A DNA stretch of 64,000 bases from a virus (lineage: Duplodnaviria > Heunggongvirae > Uroviricota > Caudoviricetes). Made by a program: the position numbers and the translations under genes. Of this stretch, positions 1 to 9,316 are shown piece by piece (the first letter of the stretch is position 1; the number at the start of each line of letters is the position of its first letter). The notes under the pieces were generated by a model. The model was not told the origin of the DNA. It made no database searches and was given only the letters and a program-made list of their open reading frames with translations. The DNA is taken from the IMG/VR virus record IMGVR_UViG_3300021979_000001, positions 162,948-226,947 of that record. One strand, written 5' to 3'.

Positions 1-19
1 TCACACTGTATTATACTAT

Positions 20-240
20 GGCGTTGATGTCAGATAAGATCAAAATGTGATTGCTCTGTGATTTTCGATGGTTACGACATAGGCGAGTGATTACAATTCG
101 TATCAAAGAAACATATGATTCGTTATGTGAATGAGATTTGTTTTCGGTGGAATACCCGCTGGAAGTCAGCGGAAGACCGAGTTGAGATTCTTATCTCAAG
201 AACTCTTTGTAGACGACTACCATTGGACCACTTAAGTTCT
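20..240 (+). ncRNA. candidate structured non-coding RNA upstream of tnpB
   Basis: No ORF. TATACT -10-like box at 12-17. Stems: ttcgatggt/accattgga, catatga-TTCG-ttatgtg, tcggt..ccgctg/cagcgg..accga, gagttgagat/atctc-aag-aactc. Confidence 0.35.
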
Positions 241-262
241 TAGGACAGGGTTTTAACCCAAA

Positions 263-365
263 TTGATAAATAAAAATGAACGGTAATCATCGGGTGCCAC
301 CAACACCCAATGAGGCACCTCAAGGCGAAGTGTTGTCCCGTTCTAATGTATTTATCAAGGCGGGA
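263..365 (+). promoter_or_regulatory. late promoter ATAAATA (266-272) inside a three-way-junction leader abutting the tnpB RBS
   Basis: Perfect 10-bp inverted repeat ttgataaata(263-272)/tatttatcaa(349-358), inner stem gaacgg/ccgttc and two internal hairpins. RBS-like aaggcggga follows directly. Confidence 0.6.
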
Positions 366-368
366 ATA

Positions 369-1580
369 ATGACTTCCAATAAAGCATATAAATTACGGAT
401 ATATCCGACAAAACAACAAGCCGAATTGCTTAAGCAAATCGGTGGCAATTGCCGTTGGCTCTGGAATAAATTACTCGCTGATAACCAATCTCACTACACA
501 AAAACCAAAAAGTTCTTCTTTTACAAAGATATGTCTGCTTCACTACCAAGAATGAAGCAAGAAACCGAATGGCTCGGTGAGGCACCAGCCGTGTCCCTAC
601 AACGAGTTGCCAAGAACCTTGATACGGCTTTGAAGCAATGCTTCAAAGCCGGTAAAGGCTTCCCTCGCTTCAAAAAGAAATCAACCAATAAAGATTCATT
701 CTATATCACCAATCAGCAATTCGGTATCAAAGACAACAAGGTCAAAATACCGAAAGTGGGTTGGGTTAAATTCCGTGCTGGTTGCGTTCCTGTGGAACGC
801 ATCCTGTCAGCAACCGTATCTCAAGACGGCGACCACTGGTATTGCTCCGTCATGTGCGAGTATGAAACATCCGATTTGGTGGAACCAACCAATGCCATCG
901 GTATTGATTTGGGTTTGAACTATTTAATCACAACAAGTGATGGTGAGGTCGTTGATAACCCACGCCATTTACGTAAAGCAGAAAAGAAACTCACACGGAG
1001 ACAACGCCAGTTGTCTCGTGCCGAAAACAAAAGAAAGAAAAACGAAGGTAGAAAAAGAACTTCAAATAATTACCGCAAGAAACAACTGAAATTATATCGG
1101 TTGCACCGCAAGGTGCGAAACCAACGCAATGATTTCTTGCACAAACTAACAACGGAATTGATAGCCAATAATTCTGTTATTTGTCTGGAAGACCTCAACA
1201 TCAAAGGACTACACCGCACCCAATTAGCCAAATCCATATCGGATGTGGCATGGGGTGAATTGGTGCGTCAGTTGACCTACAAGGCTCACTGGTATGGTAA
1301 GCATATTGTCAAGATTGGACGATTTGACCCATCTTCACAAATTTGCTCTTGTTGTGGTCACAGACAAAAAATGTCTTTAGACAAAAGAACTTACGAATGC
1401 CCTTCTTGTGGGATGTCAATGGATCGGGATTTGAATGCCGCCATTAATATCAAAAATTGGGGAATAAACAAACTGGTAGGGCGAGGAACGCCCGAACCTT
1501 ATCAGGACGCTTTGCGTCCCGATAATACGCCTGTGGATGATACCTCTGACGGGGTTTATTCAGCACTTGCTGCTGAATAA
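369..1580 (+). CDS. tnpB: IS200/IS605-family RNA-guided endonuclease TnpB
   Basis: N-terminal AYKLRIYPT HTH; RuvC-I GIDLG; RuvC-II LEDL; Zn finger CSCCG..CPSCG; RuvC-III DRDLNAA. Start moved to ATG 369 (RBS upstream). Confidence 0.95.
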   Translation: MTSNKAYKLRIYPTKQQAELLKQIGGNCRWLWNKLLADNQSHYTKTKKFFFYKDMSASLPRMKQETEWLGEAPAVSLQRVAKNLDTALKQCFKAGKGFPRFKKKSTNKDSFYITNQQFGIKDNKVKIPKVGWVKFRAGCVPVERILSATVSQDGDHWYCSVMCEYETSDLVEPTNAIGIDLGLNYLITTSDGEVVDNPRHLRKAEKKLTRRQRQLSRAENKRKKNEGRKRTSNNYRKKQLKLYRLHRKVRNQRNDFLHKLTTELIANNSVICLEDLNIKGLHRTQLAKSISDVAWGELVRQLTYKAHWYGKHIVKIGRFDPSSQICSCCGHRQKMSLDKRTYECPSCGMSMDRDLNAAINIKNWGINKLVGRGTPEPYQDALRPDNTPVDDTSDGVYSALAAE

Positions 1581-1660
1581 ATTAGTCATGTGTCGTTGAA
1601 GCAGGAATATCATTGGCTACCACATATAGTGGTCTGCTATTTTAAAGTGATAGTTCCGTA
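1476..1660 (+). ncRNA. putative TnpB omegaRNA scaffold / element right end
   Basis: Overlaps the tnpB 3' end. Hairpins gggcg/cgccc (1479-1493), ttatcaggacgc/gcgtcccgataa, tttattcagca/tgctgaataaa (1555-1581); gaagcaggaa motif; ends at ...gatagttc. Confidence 0.65.
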
Positions 1661-1876
1661 AAAATAAAAAACAATAAGGGGACTATTATTTTAATTGACT
1701 AGAAAAACAAGTGTAATATCAATGGGTTAGCGCACTTTTTAATGTATAATAGGAATAAATTTATTAACAAATGTTAAAAAAGTGTTTACGAAACAGCATT
1801 CTTGGTCTATACGTTAGATTATAGCGAACGATTAACGTTCCTCCCCCACAATTGGTTACACAAGAGGTGCTTACCA

Positions 1877-2683
1877 ATGCCTAACAAAATTACGTTTAAC
1901 AAACCTGCTTGCATGATTTTTGGGGGCGAAAATGATGTCGGCATTCAGATCAAGGTTGAAAACGGCATTGCTTATTTTCGTCCTGCCATGACCGAAACCG
2001 ATGATGTCGTGAAGTTGCACGACCGTGGCAGTTCACATTCAGAAAACGCCCGTGGTGGCAGTGAAATGTTTCTGAAAGGTGGTTCTCGTCGAAATGAACT
2101 TGTAATGGCGCTGCAAAATCCGCATGGGCCGTATTTTGTTCTTGAACGAGATACCCACGGTTGGTTCAAGGCCATTCCGTTTGTTCCATCCCACAAACCG
2201 GCAAAGAAGACACTATCTGTTGCACCCCCGAAAAATGCACCGCACATTCGGGTATGGCGCAATCGGGTGACAAAAAAAGCCCCGGTGTTGACGCGCAACT
2301 TGGTTGAACTCGTCAATCGAGCAAACCAAAAAAATCCAGCACCCGTATCATATAAGGCAGCAAAAAATCTGGTTGCCGAGTATCAGCGTTATGATCGTGC
2401 TGGTCGGCCACTGCGTGAGGTATCCAGGGCAAAAAAGATAATTGCTTCATTTGAAACATCCGGTGGTGATGTAAATGCGGCGATGGCCCTTCAACTTCCA
2501 ACCGTTGCGACAACGGTCACGCCATCTACATCGCGGGCAAAGGGTTCGGTATCAGAACAAAATATCATCGCCCGTCAACAACAGATGATCGAAACCCAGA
2601 AAGAACAGCTTGAATCGCTGTCAAAATTGGTGTTGTCAATGGCGGGAAAGAAACTGACACCCGACGACCTTGCAATGTTATAA
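1877..2683 (+). CDS. hypothetical protein, basic, with C-terminal coiled coil
   Basis: Long ORF, GAGGTG RBS before ATG 1877, terminator downstream. Confidence 0.75.
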   Translation: MPNKITFNKPACMIFGGENDVGIQIKVENGIAYFRPAMTETDDVVKLHDRGSSHSENARGGSEMFLKGGSRRNELVMALQNPHGPYFVLERDTHGWFKAIPFVPSHKPAKKTLSVAPPKNAPHIRVWRNRVTKKAPVLTRNLVELVNRANQKNPAPVSYKAAKNLVAEYQRYDRAGRPLREVSRAKKIIASFETSGGDVNAAMALQLPTVATTVTPSTSRAKGSVSEQNIIARQQQMIETQKEQLESLSKLVLSMAGKKLTPDDLAML

Positions 2684-2730
2684 TCGCACCCGCATTTTGC
2701 GGCCAGGCGGTTCAACAATATAATCTCATA

Positions 2731-2765
2731 AAAGCAGGACCATGAAATGTGGTCCTGCTTTTTTT
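2731..2765 (+). terminator. intrinsic terminator
   Basis: aaagcaggacc/ggtcctgcttt stem followed by a T run. Confidence 0.8.
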
Positions 2766-2819
2766 GTTAGAAAGCAACGACGATAAATAAGATATATACT
2801 CGTTGCTAAAGGAAATTCC

Positions 2820-3332
2820 ATGGCTATTGATCTTGAAGTTTTACAAGATTCCCCGCATTTGCTTGATATTTTGTTACAAATGGAAGATGTATTAGATTCA
2901 TTGGACATTTACGTATCCAAAAATTGGTTTAAGGGTGAATTAATTGATGGGCCAAATGTTAGACGCTATTGGCTGGGCATGACTTTGCGATATGATTATC
3001 ATGATATGCCAAATCCCAAAGGGGCATTACGCCTTACCAAACATGGGATTAAGGTGCAGTTCAATAAAGTTGATGATGAACGGGATGCCGAAGATTCAGA
3101 AGCGGAGAAACAGGATGATGATCGGTATCATTGGGAAATTACTATTGAAATTCCACGTCGAATAATTGGGCAATTTTCCACCACCGAACTCGATTTTTAT
3201 GATGACGAGGTTGATATTGATGATGTCCAAGATGCACGTGATAGCGGCATGAATGATGAAACCGGCTATGATCGCGAGGAAAACGACGATTTTAACAATG
3301 ACTCCGAGGAAAATGATGACCAACCGTTCTAA
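2820..3332 (+). CDS. jumbo-phage hypothetical protein with acidic tail (late gene)
   Basis: ATAAATA at 2783-2789, RBS aagga, 170-aa ORF. Confidence 0.8.
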   Translation: MAIDLEVLQDSPHLLDILLQMEDVLDSLDIYVSKNWFKGELIDGPNVRRYWLGMTLRYDYHDMPNPKGALRLTKHGIKVQFNKVDDERDAEDSEAEKQDDDRYHWEITIEIPRRIIGQFSTTELDFYDDEVDIDDVQDARDSGMNDETGYDREENDDFNNDSEENDDQPF

Positions 3333-4044
3333 TTTAACCGAAGGTATGCGCGAAGGTGACCTTGCAAATATGCTATTGCCGATTATATCCGTAGATGAAT
3401 ATGAAAGCAAGATCGATGATAGCGCGGTTGTCATCGGATTTTACATCAATGATTTAAATGCGGCCCGCGATTTAAATCGGTATATACAGAAATCACCACA
3501 GGACATTATTGATACTGAAATTTCCCCTGCCCCCGATCAGCATGGGTATTATTTGGTATTTGTTGAGATTATCAATAATAAACAGCTACCTAAAATTATT
3601 ATGGAAATTATAGCTGACATTTCACCGTTAGTTTCTGTTGATACCTGGGAAATGCGATTACGTGGAGAAGATAGCCCGAAAGTGGCATCCGAATCCACGC
3701 TAATGCAATATTTTGGATATTCCATTGAGGAAAATGTTTACAAAATATTAACCAATACTGAATTACATGAAGCAACGGTCACTGGATCGTGCCTTCGTAT
3801 TGCAACCGAAAAATATGCTGCGGCCTTTGAAGTTATTGATATTGCACCCATTTCCATCATGGAAAATCATAAATTACTACGGGAAGAATCATTATCAATT
3901 ACACGCGATGATGTGAATACCTCAAAGATAATTATGGGTATGCTCGGTGAAGGCTGGTTTGCTGACAAATTTGGCGATTATTGGCTACTACATCAAGGGG
4001 GCAATAGCCAGGGGATTCTTGCCCGTGAAAAATATGAGGGGTAA
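3313..4044 (+). CDS. jumbo-phage hypothetical protein
   Basis: RBS gagga before ATG 3313; overlaps the end of the upstream gene. Confidence 0.8.
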   Translation: MMTNRSNLTEGMREGDLANMLLPIISVDEYESKIDDSAVVIGFYINDLNAARDLNRYIQKSPQDIIDTEISPAPDQHGYYLVFVEIINNKQLPKIIMEIIADISPLVSVDTWEMRLRGEDSPKVASESTLMQYFGYSIEENVYKILTNTELHEATVTGSCLRIATEKYAAAFEVIDIAPISIMENHKLLREESLSITRDDVNTSKIIMGMLGEGWFADKFGDYWLLHQGGNSQGILAREKYEG

Positions 4045-4127
4045 TGGCCGTTTATTATTTGACATATGACCACCCGATCAGCTATTTTTTAATACTAATG
4101 GAATTGGACGGATAAAAACAACGTCAG

Positions 4128-4541
4128 ATGCTAAGTCATTGGAATACATGGCTTTATCTGCTGTTTGATGGGGAGATCGAGCCTTTGGACGACCAATTGG
4201 AAGTAGTGTTAGACCTACCGATAACAAATGCTTTCTTCCGGCGAAAAACCTTTCCCCCGCTGGAAAAGATACAAGAAGATGGCACCGAAACAAATGAAAC
4301 CAAATTGAGTGTTTTGTTTTCGGTTTTACCACAAGAAGACCGAGCCAGACCGATGTTGGATTGGCTACACGGGAATATAGCAAAAACTGAATATAAAATG
4401 TATGCTAGGTTTTCATATGTATACAAACAATTCACGACCGATGTTTTTTATCATGGTGTGAATTTTGTTTTCACGGACGAATCCGAAGCCATGCTATTTC
4501 GCTTACGGTTTTTTGAACCCGCAACATCAATCGCCATTTGA
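4128..4541 (+). CDS. hypothetical protein, C-terminal 'E-D-A-x-L-F-x-L' paralogue family
   Basis: Ends FTDESEAMLFRLRF. Confidence 0.7.
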   Translation: MLSHWNTWLYLLFDGEIEPLDDQLEVVLDLPITNAFFRRKTFPPLEKIQEDGTETNETKLSVLFSVLPQEDRARPMLDWLHGNIAKTEYKMYARFSYVYKQFTTDVFYHGVNFVFTDESEAMLFRLRFFEPATSIAI

Positions 4542-4677
4542 CAATAAATGCCCTGTGTGCCACATGCCACAGGGTATTTTTATGTATATACCAGGATGTT
4601 AAAAACATCCATGACAATTATCAACCCTGTGTAATAAATACTAATGTTGTATTTACTTTTTCGCAGGGTTTAAGGTT

Positions 4678-4923
4678 TTGGTAGAATTATTTTCAGGCAT
4701 CATTGGTGCAATAATGGGTGGCGGACCAGAAGCAATGATTGCAATTCTGGTAGTGTTTGTCGTTTTATTGCTCCTAGACCGTCGCCGTTTGCTTGCTGAA
4801 ATCAAGCAAAAAGACGCTAAAGTTGAAAAGATCGTTGATGAATATTACAAAGGAAATTTAACGCTCACCGAGGCGTTGACATCCCTTAAACTCGTTTTAT
4901 TTGAGATTAAAGGGAAATTGTAA
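4678..4923 (+). CDS. small membrane protein (TM helix plus coiled coil; holin-like or adaptor)
   Basis: Hydrophobic AMIAILVVFVVLLLL followed by RRR; ATAAATA at 4634-4640. Confidence 0.75.
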   Translation: MVELFSGIIGAIMGGGPEAMIAILVVFVVLLLLDRRRLLAEIKQKDAKVEKIVDEYYKGNLTLTEALTSLKLVLFEIKGKL

Positions 4924-4924
4924 T

Positions 4925-5812
4925 ATGGTATGGTGGTTTTCAAAAAAGAAGCAGAAAGATAAATCTGATCGGGATTCACGTCATCAGGAAAAAATTATAT
5001 TAAGCCAGCTTGCCTTGTATTCTGCTGCATCTGATACAGCAGACGTTGCGCAAGATGTTACTAATTTACTTAAGTCCCGCCTGGAAGATACAATCTTGCA
5101 GTTTGAAACAACTGCACGCATTCTTAATGATGCATTGATCATCTGTGAAATGGACGGAACCATAGTTAGTTTTAACCCTGCTGCTGAACAAATTTTCGGA
5201 TATACCGCCGATACAATTATTGGAACACCGGTTCTGCCGCTGTTTAAACCATCACACAACACCGCTGGTAATCTTTGGGCTACCATCAATTACGAATCAA
5301 TTGCAAGCATCCCTGGGGTGCCCTTAAAAGAAGTTCGTGGTGTTCGTGCAAATGGTGAGGTTTTCCACATTGATGTTAATCATACCCGATTGGACAAATC
5401 CGATCATTCATCAATAATGTTAGTTTTAGTCCGGGATATATCCGAATTAATTGAAGCTAAAATCGAAACTAATGCGGCAAATGATCGGTATCAAACCGTT
5501 TTCAATAATAGTTTTGATGGAATATTGATTTTACAGGATGATAAAATCGTCGCAGCAAATCACACCATTAGTAATTTATTTGGATATTCCATCGATACGA
5601 TGTTAGAAAATCCTATTAATTTTCTGTTCGGTGATAAAAGTGAAACGCCATGCAGATTGCCGGTAGGTATATCCGAGCCAATTCATTTTGCACGGGAAGG
5701 CATTCATTCTGATGGTAGTAAAATAAAATTATTAATCACCACTAACAAAATAAAGTGGAATGGCACTGATGCTTGTTTAACGACAATAAAAGAAGTTTTT
5801 ACAAGCAAATAA
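4925..5812 (+). CDS. tandem PAS-domain protein without an output domain
   Basis: PAS1: DALIICEMDGTIVSFNPAAEQIFGY..RANGEVF..VRDIS. PAS2: FNNSFDGILILQDDKIVAAN..LFGY. Confidence 0.85.
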   Translation: MVWWFSKKKQKDKSDRDSRHQEKIILSQLALYSAASDTADVAQDVTNLLKSRLEDTILQFETTARILNDALIICEMDGTIVSFNPAAEQIFGYTADTIIGTPVLPLFKPSHNTAGNLWATINYESIASIPGVPLKEVRGVRANGEVFHIDVNHTRLDKSDHSSIMLVLVRDISELIEAKIETNAANDRYQTVFNNSFDGILILQDDKIVAANHTISNLFGYSIDTMLENPINFLFGDKSETPCRLPVGISEPIHFAREGIHSDGSKIKLLITTNKIKWNGTDACLTTIKEVFTSK

Positions 5813-5856
5813 AACGATTTTAGCATTGAACTGCTTACGCATAATACATTACCAAT

Positions 5857-5888
5857 AAAAAAGGCGGGGTTATTTTTACCCCGCCTTT
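5857..5888. terminator. bidirectional intrinsic terminator
   Basis: aaaggcggggt/accccgccttt between convergent genes. Confidence 0.8.
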
Positions 5889-5908
5889 AATTTTTGATCA
5901 AAACAGCG

Positions 5909-6169
5909 TTATGCGTTTTTCTGCAAAAACGCAATCAGGTTTTCGCGGGTAATGGTTTCGCCGGTGGTTTCGCCAGTGAAGCTGTGAATGTTGTCGAGAC
6001 GATAGTTGCGATTTTCGCCGTCCAGTTCCCCCGACACAAGCCAGGTTTTATCGGCAGCAGGACCAGCTTTGGTCAGGGAGACCCGACGGGTGGTGACTTC
6101 GCCATTCGGGCGCTTATATGTAAGTTCACCCGTAATCGGGTTTTTGGTTTCGAATTCGGTAACGCTCAT
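5909..6169 (-). CDS. stand-alone WYL-like domain protein
   Basis: LTYKRPNGEVTTRRV..WLV..RNYRLDNI matches the WYL pattern (Y...G..T.R.V...R.FRLDRI). Confidence 0.65.
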   Translation of the reverse strand: MSVTEFETKNPITGELTYKRPNGEVTTRRVSLTKAGPAADKTWLVSGELDGENRNYRLDNIHSFTGETTGETITRENLIAFLQKNA

Positions 6170-6229
6170 GGGAACCCTTTCAATAAAAATGATGATTTTA
6201 GAATGTGTTTAGAAACGATGATTGACCGG

Positions 6230-6442
6230 TTATTCTCCTTTTGCCTTTAAATCTTCATACCGTTTTCGCCATTCTGCGGCGCATTCCTCTCGGATATGGT
6301 TTGCATAAAAATCGTCACGCACCATACTGGATGTCACCTTTTTGTAGCGTTCCGCCGCTTTTGGGTCATATTTTGGATTAAACGGAGCAGGTGGATTTTT
6401 CCATTCATTATCAAAAAATCCAAGATTTCCTGTATAGTTCAT
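6230..6442 (-). CDS. hypothetical protein
   Basis: 70-aa ORF with RBS, co-oriented with neighbours. Confidence 0.6.
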   Translation of the reverse strand: MNYTGNLGFFDNEWKNPPAPFNPKYDPKAAERYKKVTSSMVRDDFYANHIREECAAEWRKRYEDLKAKGE

Positions 6443-6491
6443 GTTTTTAACCCTTGCGAAGCGGTATATCTTTCAGCGTCAATAAAAAAGT

Positions 6492-6578
6492 TGGTGCGGA
6501 TAGCCGGACTCGAACCGGCATGATCTTAGGATCGGCAGATTTTAAGTCTGCTGCGTATACCAATTTCGCCATATCCGC
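6492..6578 (-). tRNA. tRNA-Leu (anticodon TAA), CCA encoded
   Basis: Reverse complement GCGGATA..GCAGA-CT-TAA-AA-TCTGC, long variable arm, GGTTCGAGTCC, TATCCGC-ACCA. Confidence 0.97.
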
Positions 6579-6593
6579 AAACCTGATTGAAAT

Positions 6594-6622
6594 AAAATAC
6601 GGTATCAGGTAATCATAGTCAA
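6594..6622 (-). promoter_or_regulatory. sigma70-like promoter for tRNA-Leu
   Basis: TTGACT-17bp-TATTTT on the minus strand. Confidence 0.6.
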
Positions 6623-6638
6623 CCATTTTTTTGTTAAA

Positions 6639-6953
6639 TTATTTATAGTGGGATAACAATAATGTTTCTTTGTCACCCCATCGTATCGCTGCAAATTTTA
6701 CTTCATCAATTGCATCGGAAACTGACATATTAAACCATTCGCCTGCCATACGACGATACCGATTTTCATTGTGTATTTGCTTTTCCATGACTTTAATCAT
6801 GGTCGCGGGAAATTCTTCGGTATGATACAATACAAGTTTTGTCGCCTGCCCTGTTTGAAGCTGGCGCAATCTGCGTTTTGGATCAGCACTAAAACCAATT
6901 TTGACTGGTCCCAGTTCATCCGCTGCGATGACATAGATGCATTTTGTGTTCAT
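6639..6953 (-). CDS. GIY-YIG superfamily protein (T5orf172/MUG113-like)
   Basis: IYVI..VKIGFS..P.RRL.QLQTG..E..IH..GEWF. Confidence 0.85.
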   Translation of the reverse strand: MNTKCIYVIAADELGPVKIGFSADPKRRLRQLQTGQATKLVLYHTEEFPATMIKVMEKQIHNENRYRRMAGEWFNMSVSDAIDEVKFAAIRWGDKETLLLSHYK

Positions 6954-6988
6954 GCATCTATTTATTTCGGGAAAACCCCGATTATGAA

Positions 6989-7393
6989 TTAATTAGCGAG
7001 TTCCAGGACAAATGAATGTTGTTTTTCCCATTCAGCCAGGCCGATCATAATTTTTTCGGACCAGTATTCGTCTGGGTCAATCATGGTCTTGAACACATTT
7101 TTGGCGATTATCCCGAGTTGCACTTGCAACTCTATTGAGGATACACCAGATTTTTGTAAAAATTCAAATATATTTGCGATCATCATCACCCGATAATTTT
7201 TGTCTTCATTGTCGTTGGTGATAGAAATAATAATTTGGTTGACGATCCGGGTTTGAAAAGCCACGTCAAGATCGCCAATGTATGGGGATGCATCATTAAC
7301 AATGCTACCTGCCATATAGACAATATCATCCTGTGACGTTTCCAACTGTTCCAGATATTTTTCAAGTATGGTATTCATTCGATTATCCATCAT
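6989..7393 (-). CDS. hypothetical protein
   Basis: 134-aa ORF in a minus-strand run. Confidence 0.7.
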   Translation of the reverse strand: MMDNRMNTILEKYLEQLETSQDDIVYMAGSIVNDASPYIGDLDVAFQTRIVNQIIISITNDNEDKNYRVMMIANIFEFLQKSGVSSIELQVQLGIIAKNVFKTMIDPDEYWSEKIMIGLAEWEKQHSFVLELAN

Positions 7394-7417
7394 TATTTTA
7401 TTATTCCTGGATAATAG

Positions 7418-7792
7418 TCAAGATACCCGAATTTTACAATCATTTTCTAACACAAATTCAGACAATGTGTTTATTTTGGTTGGGCGGTGGTGCCGTGCGC
7501 GGGCCACCATTGACTGATTGGATTTCGTTGAACTTATCCGAAACCACAACAAATTTACCTGATCGATATAAAGGTATCCGCCCGGTTTCAGAAAAGAGAT
7601 CGATTTCCCACTGATACCACCAATACAGAATACCACATTATTTCCTTTACGTTGCAACGCCACAGTATCGTTATCGTTTTTCAAAACAGGACGTATATCA
7701 AACGCATTACTATCAACAATTTTTATCTGAACATCAGATGCATTGATAATTTCTGCTAATTCAGGCCGATTTGGTAAAACAACTTCGATCAT
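7418..7792 (-). CDS. hypothetical protein
   Basis: 124-aa ORF. Confidence 0.65.
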   Translation of the reverse strand: MIEVVLPNRPELAEIINASDVQIKIVDSNAFDIRPVLKNDNDTVALQRKGNNVVFCIGGISGKSISFLKPGGYLYIDQVNLLWFRISSTKSNQSMVARARHHRPTKINTLSEFVLENDCKIRVS

Positions 7793-8164
7793 TTTAAAAC
7801 CCTGTTTGTGTTGACGCCGGATACCTATCTACAAAGTGGGCATTAGGCAACTGCGTTTTAAGAGCAATATCTGCATGTCAACCTCCCAAAAAGGGTAGGA
7901 CAGTATACTATCATTTCATATATCATATGTTTTCAATATGTTATTAGTATGTGATGGCTGTCACAATTAAGAAAATATTTTTTCATACTGGAAAAACACC
8001 GGCTATTCCACACAACATCCCCGTGTGATTGAGGTTTTGCGGATAGATCAAAAATTGAAATAATTAAAAGATCAACGCAAAACATATGCGCAACAACCAC
8101 CCAACGATTTCGAATCGTGGATAACTTGTTGCACATGAAACTGTGTCAGACCGAAGTGATTTGT

Positions 8165-9310
8165 CTACTTTTGAAAAAAAACATTCATTGTATGAATGGA
8201 CGGCAACGAACATTTTTGTGCAATCGGCTTGGCAATCATATCCATTAATTTGCCATGTTGCTTTACTAACCGATTTCGAGCGGAAATCTGTTTTGTGGGT
8301 GATGCATCTTTCAGATCATACCATATAGTAGACGGGGGGCGGTGCATCAGATTAGTATGATGTTCCCAATTAGCAACCGATATGATTTCATCTTCCATCC
8401 CGGCTTGAATTGCCAGGTATAGCGCCGTTATCTGATCCAGTATTGGTGTTGAATCAAAATAAACGCACCCATATGACATCAACATCCCAGTCATATCATA
8501 TAATCGCAATTCGTATGGGATATGATCGAACTGATCTGGGTGATCTGCATTATCCAACAAACTTATATGTGTTCGCTTGATGCCGAATAGGTGTTTCCTG
8601 CCCGTGAAACGCACCTCCTGGAAGCACAGGAACGCATCTAGCATGTCAGACCCAATAATAGTTTTAACACCACGTATAGAGCGTTTTAAGACCTTTTGTG
8701 CGACACTTTTATTTGTGGGTTTATTATCAAACATGATTGTTTTTGGATAATGATTTTTAACCACATTTATATATTGACGATATGACGAAAAAACCGTCAT
8801 AGTTTCACGAAAACGTGCAACCATATCAATAAATTGTGCATCCCATTTCCGAATTTTATCCTGAATTACAAACGGTTCGGAAATGAAAGATGCAATTTCT
8901 TTTTTGGTCAACTTGCGATATTTTTTGTATTCCGGGAATTTCTTATCAGTGAAGTATTCCCAACGGTTATCATTAATCAAATTGGAAATATTAGATAATC
9001 CCATGGTTTTTTCGATGAACTGCACTGCACTTTTATATGCAATATTCGTTCTACGGTAATACAACTGATCATGAATAGTATTTGATGACATCACATCCGA
9101 TACAATAACAGACCGCTTCTCGATTGAAGCGGTCTGCCACCATTTCAGCATTTCATCGGTAAGATATGATATTGCATCAGGCATATCCATTACCAAATTC
9201 CAGTCAATATTGGGTTCTGCAATTGTCAACCACGACACCAAATCCGGCGTGATTTCTAACAGTTCAATCGAACTATCCACAACATAACGGACATCATGTG
9301 GTAATGGCAT
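8165..9310 (-). CDS. hypothetical protein with C-terminal Cys motif (GCVYF..P..DQ..AL.L....E.E...AN); partner of the GG-terminated protein
   Basis: 381-aa ORF starting 7 nt after the upstream stop. Confidence 0.75.
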   Translation of the reverse strand: MPLPHDVRYVVDSSIELLEITPDLVSWLTIAEPNIDWNLVMDMPDAISYLTDEMLKWWQTASIEKRSVIVSDVMSSNTIHDQLYYRRTNIAYKSAVQFIEKTMGLSNISNLINDNRWEYFTDKKFPEYKKYRKLTKKEIASFISEPFVIQDKIRKWDAQFIDMVARFRETMTVFSSYRQYINVVKNHYPKTIMFDNKPTNKSVAQKVLKRSIRGVKTIIGSDMLDAFLCFQEVRFTGRKHLFGIKRTHISLLDNADHPDQFDHIPYELRLYDMTGMLMSYGCVYFDSTPILDQITALYLAIQAGMEDEIISVANWEHHTNLMHRPPSTIWYDLKDASPTKQISARNRLVKQHGKLMDMIAKPIAQKCSLPSIHTMNVFFQK

Positions 9311-9316
9311 AACTGT

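Noticed and set aside
276-368. 31-aa N-terminal extension of TnpB in the ORF track
   Set aside because: The region is the structured leader; the RBS and family homology both begin at ATG 369.
7933-8136. 67-aa minus-strand ORF downstream of the Cys-motif gene
   Set aside because: No clear RBS or motif, so it cannot be supported as a gene.
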